Shown here: in pieces, positions 38,720 to 52,472 of the stretch
Layout of the letters: every line of letters starts with the position of its first letter
Numbering within the stretch: the stretch's first letter is position 1
DNA from: Octopus bimaculoides
Taxonomy: Eukaryota
Assembly: GCF_001194135.2 (NCBI RefSeq)
Contig: NC_068990.1
Location: 11,830,321 to 11,894,320 of the forward strand
DNA length: 64,000 bases
Direction of reading: 5' to 3'
Notes under the pieces: model-generated
What the model saw: only the letters and a program-made list of their open reading frames with translations
Databases searched by the model: none
Told to the model about the DNA's origin: nothing
Made by a program: the position numbers and the translations under genes

Positions 38720-39550
38720 ATGTTAAAGCAGGAGATGGAGGAGTCAGTAATCTCCGTTTTGTCGATGATATTGATTTAACGGGATAAAATGAAGAAGATC
38801 TAAAAATCTAACAACTTGTTTTGATACAAGTGCAAGAAGATATGGAATGGAAATAAGTGCTTAGAAAAGCAGAATAATGATAAATGGTAAAAATAAAAAA
38901 AGAAAATACTTGATTCAATTGAAATAGCATGGAAAACGCTCAAACAAGTTGATGAATTTAAATATTTGGGAAGGACAATAATGGAAGATGGGAGATCAAA
39001 GAAAGAAGTAAGATGGTGGATTACAGCAGCTACAGAAGCTTTAACAAAATTAGACCCTGTTTGGAAAACTAAAAACAATAATAATAACGATTTTTTTTCT
39101 TTTTTTTTTTAAGAGCAATAGTAATTTCAGCAGCCCTTTATGAGTGTGAATCACAGACGTTAGATGCTGAAAGATCATGTCCTTTGAAATAAAACATTAC
39201 CGGAAGATGCTTCACATCGCATATACAGAACATCAAACAGACGAAAGTATTAAGAAGGAAATTGTTGTGAAGATTGCAAACCATGTAACTCTGGTGTCGA
39301 TTATTAAAAGGTGAGAAATGAAGTGGTTTGGTCGTGTAATATGATGTCATGACACTCTAACTTTAGCAAGGATAGTCATGGATGGACAAACATCAGTAAC
39401 AGAAGTACAGAAAGAACAGCACAGTGGGAGTTGTTAAATAACATCAAGGAAATGTCATAGAAAAGATGGTTTAAAGCATGAGATTGGCTGATGGCTTGGA
39501 AAGAAAAGAAAGAAAGTGCATCTCTTGCTTTTCTCTCAAGGCCCATGTGA
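38720..39550 (+). mobile_element. Decayed RTE (BovB-like) LINE RT/C-terminal fragment
   Basis: SNLRFVDDIDL, RYGMEIS, KQVDEFKYLGRTIMEDGRSKKEV, LTKLDPVWKTK, with stops and frameshifts. Confidence 0.82.
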
Positions 39551-39857
39551 GCTATGAATTTTTTTATGTGGAGAATATAACAAACCATGGCTTTTAACTG
39601 CTGGAATGCTTTGGGAATAGAGAGCCTATTCTGGAAACCATCAATTTAACATCGTATCATTGCTGTAAGCTCAGGGTCAGTCAAGGTCATAATGGGAGCC
39701 TCTCTATGGTCATTTGATTTGTTAGGAATAGCAACCAAATCAGTCTCAAAACCAATATAAAAATGAAAAGTGAACTTCAGATAATATAGTTTAAGATACA
39801 TTATGTCTAGATATCACATCATAGTACCTCACATTAGCAAAAAATAAAAAGTAAAAA

Positions 39858-40280
39858 GGCGCAGGAGTGGCTGTGTGGTAAGTAGCTTGCTTACCAGCCA
39901 CATGGTTCTGGGTTCAGTCCCACTGTGTGGCACCTTGGGCAAGTGTCTTCAACTATAGCCTCGGGCCGACCAAAGCCTTGTGAGTGGATTTGGTAGACGG
40001 AAACTGAAAAGAAGCCCGTCGTATATATGTATANNNNNNNNNNTAGATATATATATATGCATATATATATATGTATGTATATGTGCATTTGTGTGTCTGT
40101 GTTTGACAACCGATGCTGGTGTGTTTATGTCCCCGTAACTTAGCAGTTCAGCAAAAGGGATCAATAGAGTAAGTACTAGGCTTACAAAAGAATAAGTCCT
40201 GGTGTCGATTTACTCGACTAAAGGTGGTGCTCCAGCATGGCCACAGTCAAATGACTGAAACAAGTAAAATAGTAAAAGAG
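39858..40280 (+). mobile_element. tRNA-derived SINE family A (CCTTGGGCAAG CORE-like motif, internal TA/TG microsatellite, (AGTAAAAG)n tail)
   Basis: GGCGCAGGAGTGGCTGTGTGG...GGGTTCAGTCCC. Other copies: 221-412(+), 7950-8268(-), 15071-15437(-), 19791-20226(-), 34452-34750(-), 36690-37080(-), 41331-41760(+), 45246-45690(-), 46381-46507(-), 47648-47758(+). Confidence 0.88.
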
Positions 40281-40587
40281 AGACTATCAACTATCTCAAA
40301 AGGATTACTATACAGGGGTTATCAATCCTTAAGTGCCCAAAAAACTGAAATGGCAGATCAGGTAGGACATAATATGGTCAATGCCTCAGAGGGCTTGACA
40401 GAAAGATCTGTGGTAAATCTAGGGCACTCTCTTGATGGAGTACAGACTGGTGTCTGGTCTCCATGGAAGAGATTTTACATAACTGCATCTGTAGTAAATG
40501 CTGAAATTTAAACTACCTGAATGAAGATCCTTGACATTCAGCCTGCTGGGTACAGATGATACCCAGGAATATAATAATAAAGAAGGT

Positions 40588-40619
<32 letters not shown>

Positions 40620-43600
40620 GTTTAACGTCCGCTTTCCATGCTAGCATGGGTTGGACGATTTGACTGAGGACTGGTGAACCAGGTGGCTGCATCAGGCTCC
40701 AATATGATTTGGCAGAGTTTCTACAGCTGGATGCCCTTCCTAACGCCAACCACTCCGAAAGTGTAGTGGGTGCTTTTACGTGCCACCGGCATGAAGGCCA
40801 GTCAGATGATACTGGCAACGGACAAGCTCAAAATGGTGTATTTTACGTGCCACCTGCACAGGAGCCAGTCCAGTGGCACTGGCAACGATCTCGCTCGAAT
40901 GTCTTTTCCCGTGCCACCGGCACAAGTGCCAGTAAGGCGACGTTGGTAACAATCGCGCTCAAATGGTGCAATGAGAAACAATATCAAACTTTATAATTAT
41001 TTACTGGCTATCAACTGAAACCCTGCCGGGTTGCCATGAAAGATTATTGTTAATGGTTAGTAAAAATATTTAAGAATATAAAGCTTGATTTTAATATTAG
41101 ACTGAGTGAGACTTTGATCTTCAGTGTTAACGGCAGGAATGGAGGATGGCAAAGGAACTAAAGAAATGTCAGGTCTGTTAGGATTATAGAAGAATGTCAG
41201 CTACTAGAGGTTGTTGGTATGCTAGGGATGTGGGAGTGGTCAAAGATAGCTTATTGCATTTGTAGCCATAATTCAACAGAAATATGTTATCGTTATTTCA
41301 ATTAATTTTGAAAAAATAAATGAAGTTATAGGCGTAAGAATGGCTGTGTGATAAGTAGCTTGCTTACCACCCACATGGTTCTGGGTTCAGTCCCACTGCG
41401 TGGAACCTTGGGCAAGTGTCTTCTACTATAGCCTCGGGCCGACCAAAGCCTTGTGAGTGGATTTGGTAGACGGAAACTGAAAGAAGCCCATTGTATATAT
41501 GTCTATATAGATATATGTGCGTGTGTGTGTGTGTTTGTGTGTCTGTATTTGTCCCTCCCCGAACATTGCTTGACAACCAATGCTGGTGTGTTTACATATC
41601 CCGTAACTTAGTGGTTCAGTAAAAGAGACTGATAGAATAAGTACTAGGCTTACAAAGAATAAGTCCTGGGGTCGATTTGCTCGACTAAAGGCAGTGCTCC
41701 AGCATGGCTGCAGTCAAATAAATGACTGAAACAAGTAAAAAAGTAAAAGAGTAAAAAGAGTTAGTGCAAAGGAGACAGTAATTACTTCGTGATATTTGGC
41801 AGGATTAGACATTTGAATCTGAAATTAAGTAACAAGGAAGAAGATACATAAAATGTTTTTCCTCTTCTTACTTATTACAAAGATTTTGAAATTTCTAGTT
41901 TGTAGCAGTTTTGTATAGCACTATCTCATTCTCTTTAGAAGTCATCAGCATGACATTGTCAATATTAATTGGAAATTTGCAACATAAATTTCACATGAAG
42001 TTTTGAAGAAAGGTTGGATTTTAGATCATTTTAAAACAAAAGTTTTTTTTATCAAAAGAGTTAATTAGTCTAGGTTTAATCTCACAAAATATACACAAGA
42101 ATCCGTATGTTGAGAAAGAAACATTGTTTTCATTTTCATCTTTCTTGGAAATGAATAACATAAAAAAATCATATTGAGCAGGCTACTACATGTATATTAT
42201 TCTTTGAGGGCTACTATGAATAACCTCTATCAGGCTCCAGTGTTCTTGGCAGTTCTGGTCAAGCAAGTTTATCAAAGATAATCAGATCATAACCATCCTC
42301 TTTTTTCACATGTGCAAGGAACTCAGGCCCTCGCCCCCCATTAGCCAATGCATTCTGTTTTTAGATGATAGGGATTGATTTGAAGGATCTTTGTTTGCTA
42401 TTTCTAGTAGGTGAACGTTTTTGTTGTGCTAAACCTTCTACCATGATTTAAATTGTATTTAAAACTGAACATTTAAAATTCAATTCTCCTTCTCATTATA
42501 AAAGAAAAAGAATTTAATTCAATAGCTTTTGTTGTGTTCATTCTGCTGCAGGGATATAAATTATGAATTTATATTTAGCACTAATTAACATACACCACAT
42601 GTAATAGTTTTGTCTCTGACATGTTTCATTTTTCACCAAAACCATTGCACTTTTTACACATTTGCTTCATCTTGCCAACCACCTTTCACCACAGTCTTTT
42701 GAACAAATAACGGTGTTTCTTCATTGTCCTCCTGCTAGAAATAGCAGACAAATCTCCTTCGAATCAAACCTGTAACCTAAAAAATGAACATGTTGGCCAA
42801 TGGGGGCCTGGGTTCTCTGCACGTATGAAAAAATGGGACGGTCATGGTTTGAATGTCTTTGATAAATTTGCTTGATCAGGACTGCCAAGAACAATGGAGC
42901 CTGACAGTGGCCTTTCATAGTAACCAAAGTGTCCTCAAAGAATAAGATGTACATAGTTGTCTACTCAATACCAGATTTTGGTTATACAGTTCCAAGAAAG
43001 ATGGAAATAAAAAGAATTGTTAAAATAACATTTGTTCATTTAAGAGAAAGATCAAACTATAAAAATAATGAAACAACATTTGATACTAACCTACCTGAAA
43101 CTGCCCTTGGTTCTATGATATAAACTTCCTGTTTTAAATTGATCTGAATTAAAACCTTCCAGCAAAAAATTTCGCATTAATCTATGTTCCAAACACAAGG
43201 ACAAAGTAATTTTAGTAAATTTTTCATTATTTAAAAAATTAATTGAAAGAAATTTTGTGAAGGAAAATGGCGTCATGATACTAAGAATAACAAAAATATA
43301 GAAATAATAATAGAAATATAATAATGACTTCAGATTTTGGGACAAGGCCTGAAAGTTCAAGGAAGGGGTTAAACCGATTACATTGACCCCATTGCTCAAC
43401 TGGTACTTATTTTATTGACCCCAAAAGGATGGCAGGCAAAGTTGATCTTAGCAAAATTTGAATTCAGAATATAAACATGGATGAAATAACATTAAGCATT
43501 TTTGCCAACATGTTAATGATTCTGCCAGCCTCAAATAGAAACATATTAATAATTACTTTATTGTATACAGTGCACAGGTATGTTATAATTTGTCAAAAAA

Positions 43601-43920
43601 GGGTGAGAGAGAAGACAGGAAGCAGCAATAAGTCAAGCAAAAAAAGACAGCAATGTAAGCCAAAAGTGCATGCACAGTATACAAGATAAGACACAAGATG
43701 ACAGGAAATTGAACAGTGAAAAAGCCATAAGGAGTAAAAGGTGTTTGAGCATACCAGGTGTAGAGTTGGTGAATTTCAAGAAGTATGATATTTTTGAAGG
43801 ATACAGTGCTCTAAGAGTTAACAACTGACTCCGGTAGTTTATTCTGTGCTTTGACTGTTCAGAGAGTGAAACAGTGTTGTAAACAAATTCTAAGTGAAAA
43901 GAAGATACAACACAAAGGTT

Positions 43921-44369
43921 TACAAGGGGGTGCTGAAAAGTTTCTAGCTTTGGGTAAAAGAAAATACAGGAGGATCAGTTAATTATGATTTTATCCAATA
44001 TATTCCACTCTCAGATTCAAACATTCATTGCAGCAGTCCTTCAGCTTTTCTAAGCCCTGTAAAAGAATTCAGAAGATTAGGCTTCCAAACAGGCTTTCCA
44101 TGATACACTTAAGACTATGAACAAATTCTAAGTGAAAAAAAGATACATTTACAGTTAAAGGTTATATGAGAGGGTGTTGAAAAGCTCCCGGTTTTAAGGG
44201 TATCATGAAAGGCCTGTTTGAAAGCTTAATCTTCTGAGTTCTTTTACAGGGCTTAGAAAAATTGATGGACTGCTGCAGAGAGGGGAATATGTTGAATAGA
44301 ATCATAATTAACTGATTCTCCTGTAATTTCTTTCACCCAAAGCTTGGAACTTTTCAGCAACCTCTTGTA
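43921..44369. mobile_element. Two inverted copies of a mariner-derived MITE
   Basis: TA-CAAGGGGGTGCTGAAAAG TIR. 43921-44115(+) is mirrored by 44165-44369(-). Confidence 0.85.
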
Positions 44370-45459
44370 AACCTTTGTCTTGTATTCCATTGTGTCATTT
44401 AGTCATTGCACATTACACTTGAAACACTGCTGTGAAGAAAATCGATGAGAGTACCGCCTGATTGGCACTCATGCCAGTGGAATTTTAAGAGCACCATCCG
44501 AGTGTGATCGTTGCCAGGGCCACTGATTGGCTCCTCTGCCAGTGGCATCTAAATAGCACCATTCAGGCATGATCGTTGCCAGCATTGCCTTACTGGCACA
44601 TGTGCCAGTGGCATGTGAAAAACAACATTCGAGCATGGTTGTTGCCAGTGCCGCCAGACTGACTCCCATGCAGGTAGCACATAAAAAACACATTTTGAGC
44701 ATAGTCGTTGCCAGAACCACCTGACTGGCCCTCATACCAGTGGCACGTAAAAGCACCCACTACACTCTTGGAAGGGCATCCAGCTGTAGAAACTTTGCCA
44801 GATCAGATTGTAGCCTAATGCAGCCTTCTGGCTTGCCAGTCCTCAGTCAATCCATCCAACCCATGCCAGCATGGAAAACGGACGTTAAACGACGATGATG
44901 ATGATAATGAGTGCAAAACAAAAGAGGACAGTTAAAAGAGTTTTATAAGTTTCATGATTTTGAGATACTGAGTACAGAAGCATTTCAAGGTGGTAAAAAC
45001 CTAAAAATGATAATTAATAACATTCTTCTAGTTTTTGATTAACTTTCTTCCTACTTTTGTAAAGAGATAATCCATTGATCCATCTGCTAGACACTGAATT
45101 ACGTTATTTTCACAAGAAGCTTTTCGGTAAATTTATGAAGTTGATCTCATTGTAAATTAACTATTTTATCTAAAAGATTAAATAAATCATCTCGGCTTTA
45201 CATAAATCTGCATTAAGATAATAACTAAATACATAATGAACAAATCTCTTTTACTCTTTTACTATTTAACTTGTTTCAGTCATTTGACTGCGGCCATGCT
45301 GGAGCACTGCCTTTAGTCAAGCAAATCGACCCCAGGACTTATTCTTTGGATACCTAGTACTTATTCCATCGGTCTCTTTTGCCGAACCGCTAAGTAACGG
45401 GGACATAAACACACCACCATTGGTTGTCAAATGATGTTGGGGGGACAAACACAGACACA

Positions 45460-45513
<54 letters not shown>

Positions 45514-46348
45514 GAGATACATATATACGACAGGCTTCTTTCAGTTTCAATCTACCAAATTCACTCACAAGGCTTTGGTTGGCTTGAGGCTATAGTAGAA
45601 GACACTTGCCCAAGGTGCCACGCAGTGGGACTGAACCCAGAACCATGTGGTTGGTAAGCAAGCTACTTACCACACAGCCACTCCTGCACCTATGAGTGAT
45701 AAAAAATAATATTTTGAATTTTGAGTGAAAATTTTGGAAAACTGTTATTTTTACATAAATACAGTTACAAAAGTGTCTTACAACATTGACTAACAGTGAA
45801 TTCTTCTGGCACACATCATTTATTGATTCCTCAGAAAGAATGGAAACTAAGTCTCAGGAGTTCCTTTTCATTCCTTGTTTTTCCTTTTGTTTTGTAAATG
45901 ATTTTGAAAAGCTTCATGATGAATTTCTAGTTTATGTGAGTTTATGAGCAAAACATCTAAGCTGCTTGCGGCTCCGGCAGAAAGGTAATGGTGAACTTCT
46001 TCTCACACTTGTGCCACACCTTTCTCTCACTCTTTCCTCCTGCACCAAACAGCTCACCTGTGATGGACCAGTGACCCATCCAGGTGTGGAACCTAAACAC
46101 CAATGAAACAGGGAAATCAGCCCTTATAAGTCAGTTATGGTTCAAGAAGGAACAAACAACATATATATATATATATGCATATATGTATNNNNNNNNNNNN
46201 NNNNNNNNNNNNNNNNNNNNNNNNNNNNNNNNNNNNNNNNNNNNNNNNNNNNNNNNNNNNNNNNNNNNNNNNNNNNNNNNNNNNNNNNNNNNNNNNNNNN
46301 NNNNNNNNNNNNNNNNNNNNNNNNNNNNNNTGTATGTATGTATATATG

Positions 46349-46379
<31 letters not shown>

Positions 46380-46509
46380 GATGGGATTCTTTTCAATTTC
46401 CATTTAGCATATCTACTCACAAGGTTTTGGCTGACCTGGAGCTATAGTAGAAGACACTTGCCCAAGCTACCATGAAGTGGAACTGAACCCTAAACAATGT
46501 GGTTGGGAA

Positions 46510-47360
46510 AATTAATTTTATACACTTAAACAAAAAGACCCTCAGACGTTTTGGAAGTTTTATTAAAGAATCAGAACTTGAAGATAAGATGATAACTTTC
46601 TCTACTGCATTGTGTGGTGGCCGTAAACCAGTAATATCTTGTGTAGGCTCGCAGATGTGTTGAAGCATTTTATCTTGAAAAAATATCTTGTTTTCAACAG
46701 GAAAATGATGAAGAGATACATAATCAGGGATTCCTTACTGATATAATAAATATCTCATGAACTCTGAACTTGGCACCCTAGAGAAACTATAAGAATGCTT
46801 CTGATGTCCATCAGACAATTTTCAACTTTCAAAATAAAGTATAGGCTTTTTTCAAAGAGAAATATTGTCAAGAAACTTCAATCACTTTCCCAATCTCAGA
46901 AAGAGAATAAATACATTACCTGATATTTGAATAAAAGATCAGAAGCAAGACGAACACAGAGATAAATTACAAGGACTGTTTGATATTTTCCTAGTTAGGT
47001 TTGATAGCTTGCAAAAGACGAAGCCCTCCTTTATCTTCCTTGTAAATCCAATTATAGTTGATATGGTTAATGTCGGTAACCTGATACTTAACTCTTTGGT
47101 TACAGATTCATTCCTCTACTGTGGAAATGAAATTAATGGAATTACGGGAAGAACTAGATCTAATGCTGATCTACAAATCCCTGTCCAGTCTACAATTAAG
47201 TTCTAGAAACAAGTTCCACTAATAAGATATCTGAAAACTAATGTGGTACTTATTATTGCAATTTTCAGCACAATATACCTGTAATTAGTGAAGTCAGAGC
47301 ATCAAGCAGTCCTTAAATAAACACTCAATAGAGTTAAGTCATTCAGTCTTGACAACATAT
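46510..47360 (+). mobile_element. Heavily decayed hAT (GTF2IRD2/EPM2AIP1-like) transposase fragment
   Basis: GFLTDII..HEL, IFNFQNK..FQREILSRNFNHFPNL, VEMKLMELREE, AIFSTIYL across frames. Confidence 0.7.
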
Positions 47361-48378
47361 CAATCAGATTTTAATGACTTACAGGCAAGACAAACCCCCT
47401 CACACACACACACTACCTCTACCAGCTGTAAATAATAGCTTTAAAAGCCTGTTAATTATAGCCTTGTCTGTTTGTCTTAGAAAGACGATAAAACTGTAAT
47501 TTTGTAAGGTGGCGTCTGATTAAAAACATTTCCAATTGTATTGGTTTGCTTTTCTTTTTCACATATTTTCTTCCATGCTCTGGCTGGATATTAACTGAGA
47601 CAAATATAATTTTAAATATCTATTTTTTTTTTGTCTTTCTTTTACTTAGTGCAGGCATGGATGTGAGTTCAAAAATATCGCTTCCCTACCATGCGGTTTA
47701 AGGTTCAGTACTACTGTGTGGCAGCTTGGGCAAGCATCTTTTACTATAGTTTTAAGCCTAGATTTAGTTGCCAGAAACTCAAATTCTTTTAATGTATATA
47801 TACTAGCTGTCCCTGTGCCATCAAAAATGATGGCTGATTGTAGTATTTGTTACTGAAAGAATGTTGGTTCACACATACAAATATTCACATACTTTCCTTG
47901 TACATGCAAACACATATACGTATATACTCACACAGAGTTGAAACACTGTTTGATTTCTTTTACCATAGAATTTCCATCATCCCACTGCCAAGCTTGCCAT
48001 CACCCCTTCCTTTTCATCTATCACCCCTTTCTTTCTCATTCACAGGTTGTGATGGAGAAAAACACAAGAGTATATATATATATATATATATATATCATCA
48101 TCATCATCATCATCGTTTAACGTCCGCTTTCCATGCTAGCATGGGTTGGACGATTTGACTGAGGACTGGTGAAACTGGATGGCAACACCAGGCTCCAATC
48201 TAATTTGGCAGAGTTTCTACAGCTGGATGCCCTTCCTAACGCCAACCACTCAGAGAGTGTAGTGGGTGCTTTTACGTGTCACCCGCATGAAGGCCAGCCA
48301 GGCGGCACTACACCGGAGTAAGCACATAAATGTGAAACAAGGTGGAAAAAAGAGTACTCAAATACCAGAGGTAGAGTA

Positions 48379-48615
48379 ATATGCTTTATTAAAAAGCAGT
48401 AGAAATATAACAAAAAGCTGTTACTCAGAGTTTCATGTTCCCGTTCATCGGACACTTTTGCTAAAAATGGGAGAGAAATGATGATGCAATCAAAATGGTT
48501 TTGACTGCATCATCATTTTTCTCCCATTTTTAGCAAAACTGTCCAATGAATAGGAATGTGAAACTCTGAGTAACAACTTTTTGTTATATTTCTGCTGCTT
48601 TTAAATAAAGTATAT
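48379..48615. repeat. Long palindrome (about 118-bp arms, 3-nt loop) of a hammerhead-like repeat
   Basis: Arms are symmetric about 48497. Each contains CTGT-CCGATGA-ACG[GGAA]CGT-GAAAC-TCTGA-GT-A-ACAG-like sequence. Confidence 0.85.
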
Positions 48616-48618
48616 ATT

Positions 48619-48650
<32 letters not shown>

Positions 48651-50080
48651 CAGATAGATAGATAGATAGATAGATAGACAGACAGATGATAATAAAATTA
48701 ATAATTATATAAATATATATGCATACATATAGGTATGTATGCATGTACAGATTTGTGTGTGTGTGTGTTAGTGACTTCTTGTATTGATTACAAATGAATA
48801 TCACCATAATACAAATTTTCCCATCTGGCCATGTGAAAATATCAAGTTACTTGGAAATAGGTGAGGAATGGTTACAGGAAGGGCATCCAACAATAAAAAA
48901 TCTCCCTCAATAAATTCATTCAGCCTAAGCATGTATGTAAAGGGGGGACTTTAAAAATTATGATAATATTTTACATTGTTTCCGTTTTACCTTTTCACAA
49001 CAATCAGAGTGCGAAGTGCTCCTCATGAACAGACATTTATGAGATGTTTGTGATATGTAAACAGTTTTGAATAGGTACTGGTAAGAGATATATGAACATG
49101 CAATGCATACATGCACTCTGGATTCATAAAACAGAAGAGAAGAACAAAAACACAATGTGCATGTCAAAATAAAATAGAAAAGAATAAAACAAATTATATG
49201 ATGGTTTGCATGCCATGTCTAACACCACCATCATGCAACTTTGCTGCAATTTTCTTGGCGGCACTCTAATGAAAATCTTCATATTTTCCTTAAATGTGAC
49301 AATGGTTCATTTTCAAATTAAAAACACTCCATATAGCTAACACAATCATCAATTAAGATTTAGTAACAAAGGTAGTAGTGAGTCATTTGCTACCAATGGT
49401 ACTCTCCCTGAGGAGACATCAGTTCTTAGCAGAATCCCTTAGGGGACTGTACTGTAACTACATGTTTGTAGTGAATCTCTTAGTCCAGCTCTTAGTCATA
49501 CAGTCACCATCCTCACCAGCCACACTGACAATATTAAAGTATTAGAGGCAGTCAAGAATGTTGATGGTGACACAAAATTACAAGATCTGAATGCATTGTA
49601 CATGTAGGCTGAAGGAAACAAAATAGGAAAAGATCTCAAGTGTTCTGTTATCAGCCCTCAAACAAAGTAAAACCAGAATACCCAGGACCAGTAAGTATTG
49701 TAATCTCTGAGTCGCAATCGGTACTTGATCTGGGGAATCTATGTCAGTAATGATGTATCGTTTTATGTGCATATTGATAAATGGACATCGATATGCAGGC
49801 AACTGGTTGGCTTGGATCTGAGATTATTCAGAACAAGAAAAATGGAAAACATGTTGGCTTTATGGAGAACATTTGCCTGAAGAACTATTGTTCCAAATTG
49901 TTGTTGCCAAATAGTATTAAAATAAACAGTGAAGCTCAAAGCAAAATAATAAAGATTACTTCAGTGCAACAGGGATTAAAAAAACTAAAAGTTTACTCCC
50001 TAGAATGAAGATATGATAGATTTGTAAGAGAGAGAGAGAGAGTGTGTGTGTATGTGTGTGTGTGTGCGTGTGTTTGTGTG

Positions 50081-50172
<92 letters not shown>

Positions 50173-52472
50173 ATTCTGGAAGGGCTAGTGCTTAACTTTG
50201 GGATTGAAAGCAAAGCTATAGCAGCCCTCAAACTGGTCACTGCCATATAGTTCCAATAGTCCTACCTAGTCCATTTAGTGTAAGAACTTAGTCTTCAGAA
50301 ACCCACAAATTTTGAAAACTTTGCAGTAAAACCTTAAAGATCAGCAAAACCGACAAAATTTTAATCTAAAATATCAAATGAATCCGTGTCATTGCAGGAA
50401 ACCAACTGAGGGCAACAATGTCCAACTCCCTCACTCACTGAAGCCAAACATGAAAAGAGGGCTGTGTAAATGAAATCACACCCACGGGGAGTTCCTCAGT
50501 TCCAAGCTGGAACAAATACAAAATAACAGGCAAAAAAAATGCAGATAATTTGTGATTAGTGAAACTAATACAAATTAGTTAAAAAAAAAAAGAAGTTATT
50601 TACACGAAAAATGTTATTGCATACATGTATTTCTTGGCATTTATATAAAATTTTTGTAACAGTGTCAGTAATAATAAAAATGATTATGTAAATTTTGTTC
50701 ATGTCTTGCAGCTTTCTAATGTCTGAAGTTTATCATATGGCCTCCCTTGGCATATATACTGTTTCAGATAACTGATATTAAATGGAAAAGAAGACCAATT
50801 TTCTTTAAAATTACAATTATTCAACAAAACTAGACAAACTCATAATAAACATAAAGAAAATAAAAGAAAGAATAATATGACATTTTAATAGATTTTTATA
50901 TGAAATTACATTGAAATAAAACAGTCTTAAATATTTTACAATATAAAGAAATACAACAGAAACTCCCCTGCGAAAAGAAACAATTGAGATTTTAAAGATG
51001 CTGTGTCTACTAATTCATCTAGTTAAAGAGATAGGGATGATGTAGTCAGACAAACTCCATTCATGAATATTTAGTATATTATTTAGTTCTAGTAGTTGTA
51101 GTCATATAGTTAGTCAATCTTTATTCATAAATTTTTTTCTTTTTTCTTTTCAGAGTTTACTACATTATTTAGTTCTGAATGAAGTTGTCATCTAGTTCAT
51201 CTTCATTCATTAATATTCAGTTATATTGTAGCAGATTCAAAACTGAATCCTGGGGTAGCTGAGCAAACGTCACGATCAAACCACAGTGATTTCACATGAT
51301 TGGTCATATTAAGCACCCAATCAACATGAAGCCATCACATGATTTGATTTTCTAGAACTTTCTCATTGTCCCTAATAAAGGTTTTTTTTTCAGCAGTAAT
51401 CACAGAATGAGACAGCTGCTCAACATCTCTATTATCATCACTACAACCAGCTGATGGCAGATAGAAGACAGGAGTTTTCATCACAACAAATATAGCACAA
51501 TTATTTTCCAGTTGTAATGGGCCAGCCATGGATGGCTACATCAGTTAACTTATTGTAGATCTCAGTAGTATGTCTCTTCCGGTGTGTAATTGTCACTGTT
51601 AGTATTTCTTAAAAGACCAACATAGAAATAGCACTTTCAGCAGTAATAAAATCTTAAAGCCCAGGAAATATATTTTCATTCATCAGTAACAACAACAGTA
51701 GCTATCAGAACTACCACCATGACAATCAGTCCCTTGCTATGATATTATTTGAGGTTACTGCTTTATTTAGTTATAATTGTAGTAATCATATAGTAAGTGA
51801 GTCTTCATTCATAAAATATGGATTTTATATGAGTTTACTACATAATTTGTTTCTATGTGGAGTGGTTATGTAGTGAATTTTCATTCATTAATGTTACTTT
51901 TGATTCCTGGGCTCAATGCCATGGAGTGAGACAGGAGTTCACTGAAAATGAGCAAATTGTTATGAAATAATTATGCGTGATGGAAGTAGTATTAACAACA
52001 AAAGGTAATCTTTATATCCAACTTAATGTGGATGTATTGATAAAGGGCTAAATAAGATTATATTCATCCTGGGAAGTCCTCACATATACACACATGGTGC
52101 ATAAAAGCACAGGCATATCACAACAGATGAGAATCGTCTGGCATGAGTGCTAGAACTGCCAGAGCACATGATTTCAGTATACTGCACTTTCTCAGTGACA
52201 GACAAAACTGAATGTTGCTGGGCATTTAGTCAGCCAACTTGACTGCCAGTTTTCAAGCAGGTTGTTATTATCCATGGACCAAGTGTCACATTACATTCCA
52301 CTCAACTTGTCACTATTTCTAGTTTACTCTCTTAGTTAAACCTCAGGCCAACTCTGACTGAGCAGATTTATGACCAAAGACATCGTAGCTATGATGATCT
52401 CATCTTTTTATTACAGTTAATATTTCTAGTATTACAATATCCACTATGGCTTGACTATTTTAAATAGAGTAA

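Noticed and set aside
49578-49802. Minus-strand ORF with a hydrophobic stretch
   Set aside because: Only vague resemblance to membrane proteins, so it cannot be supported.
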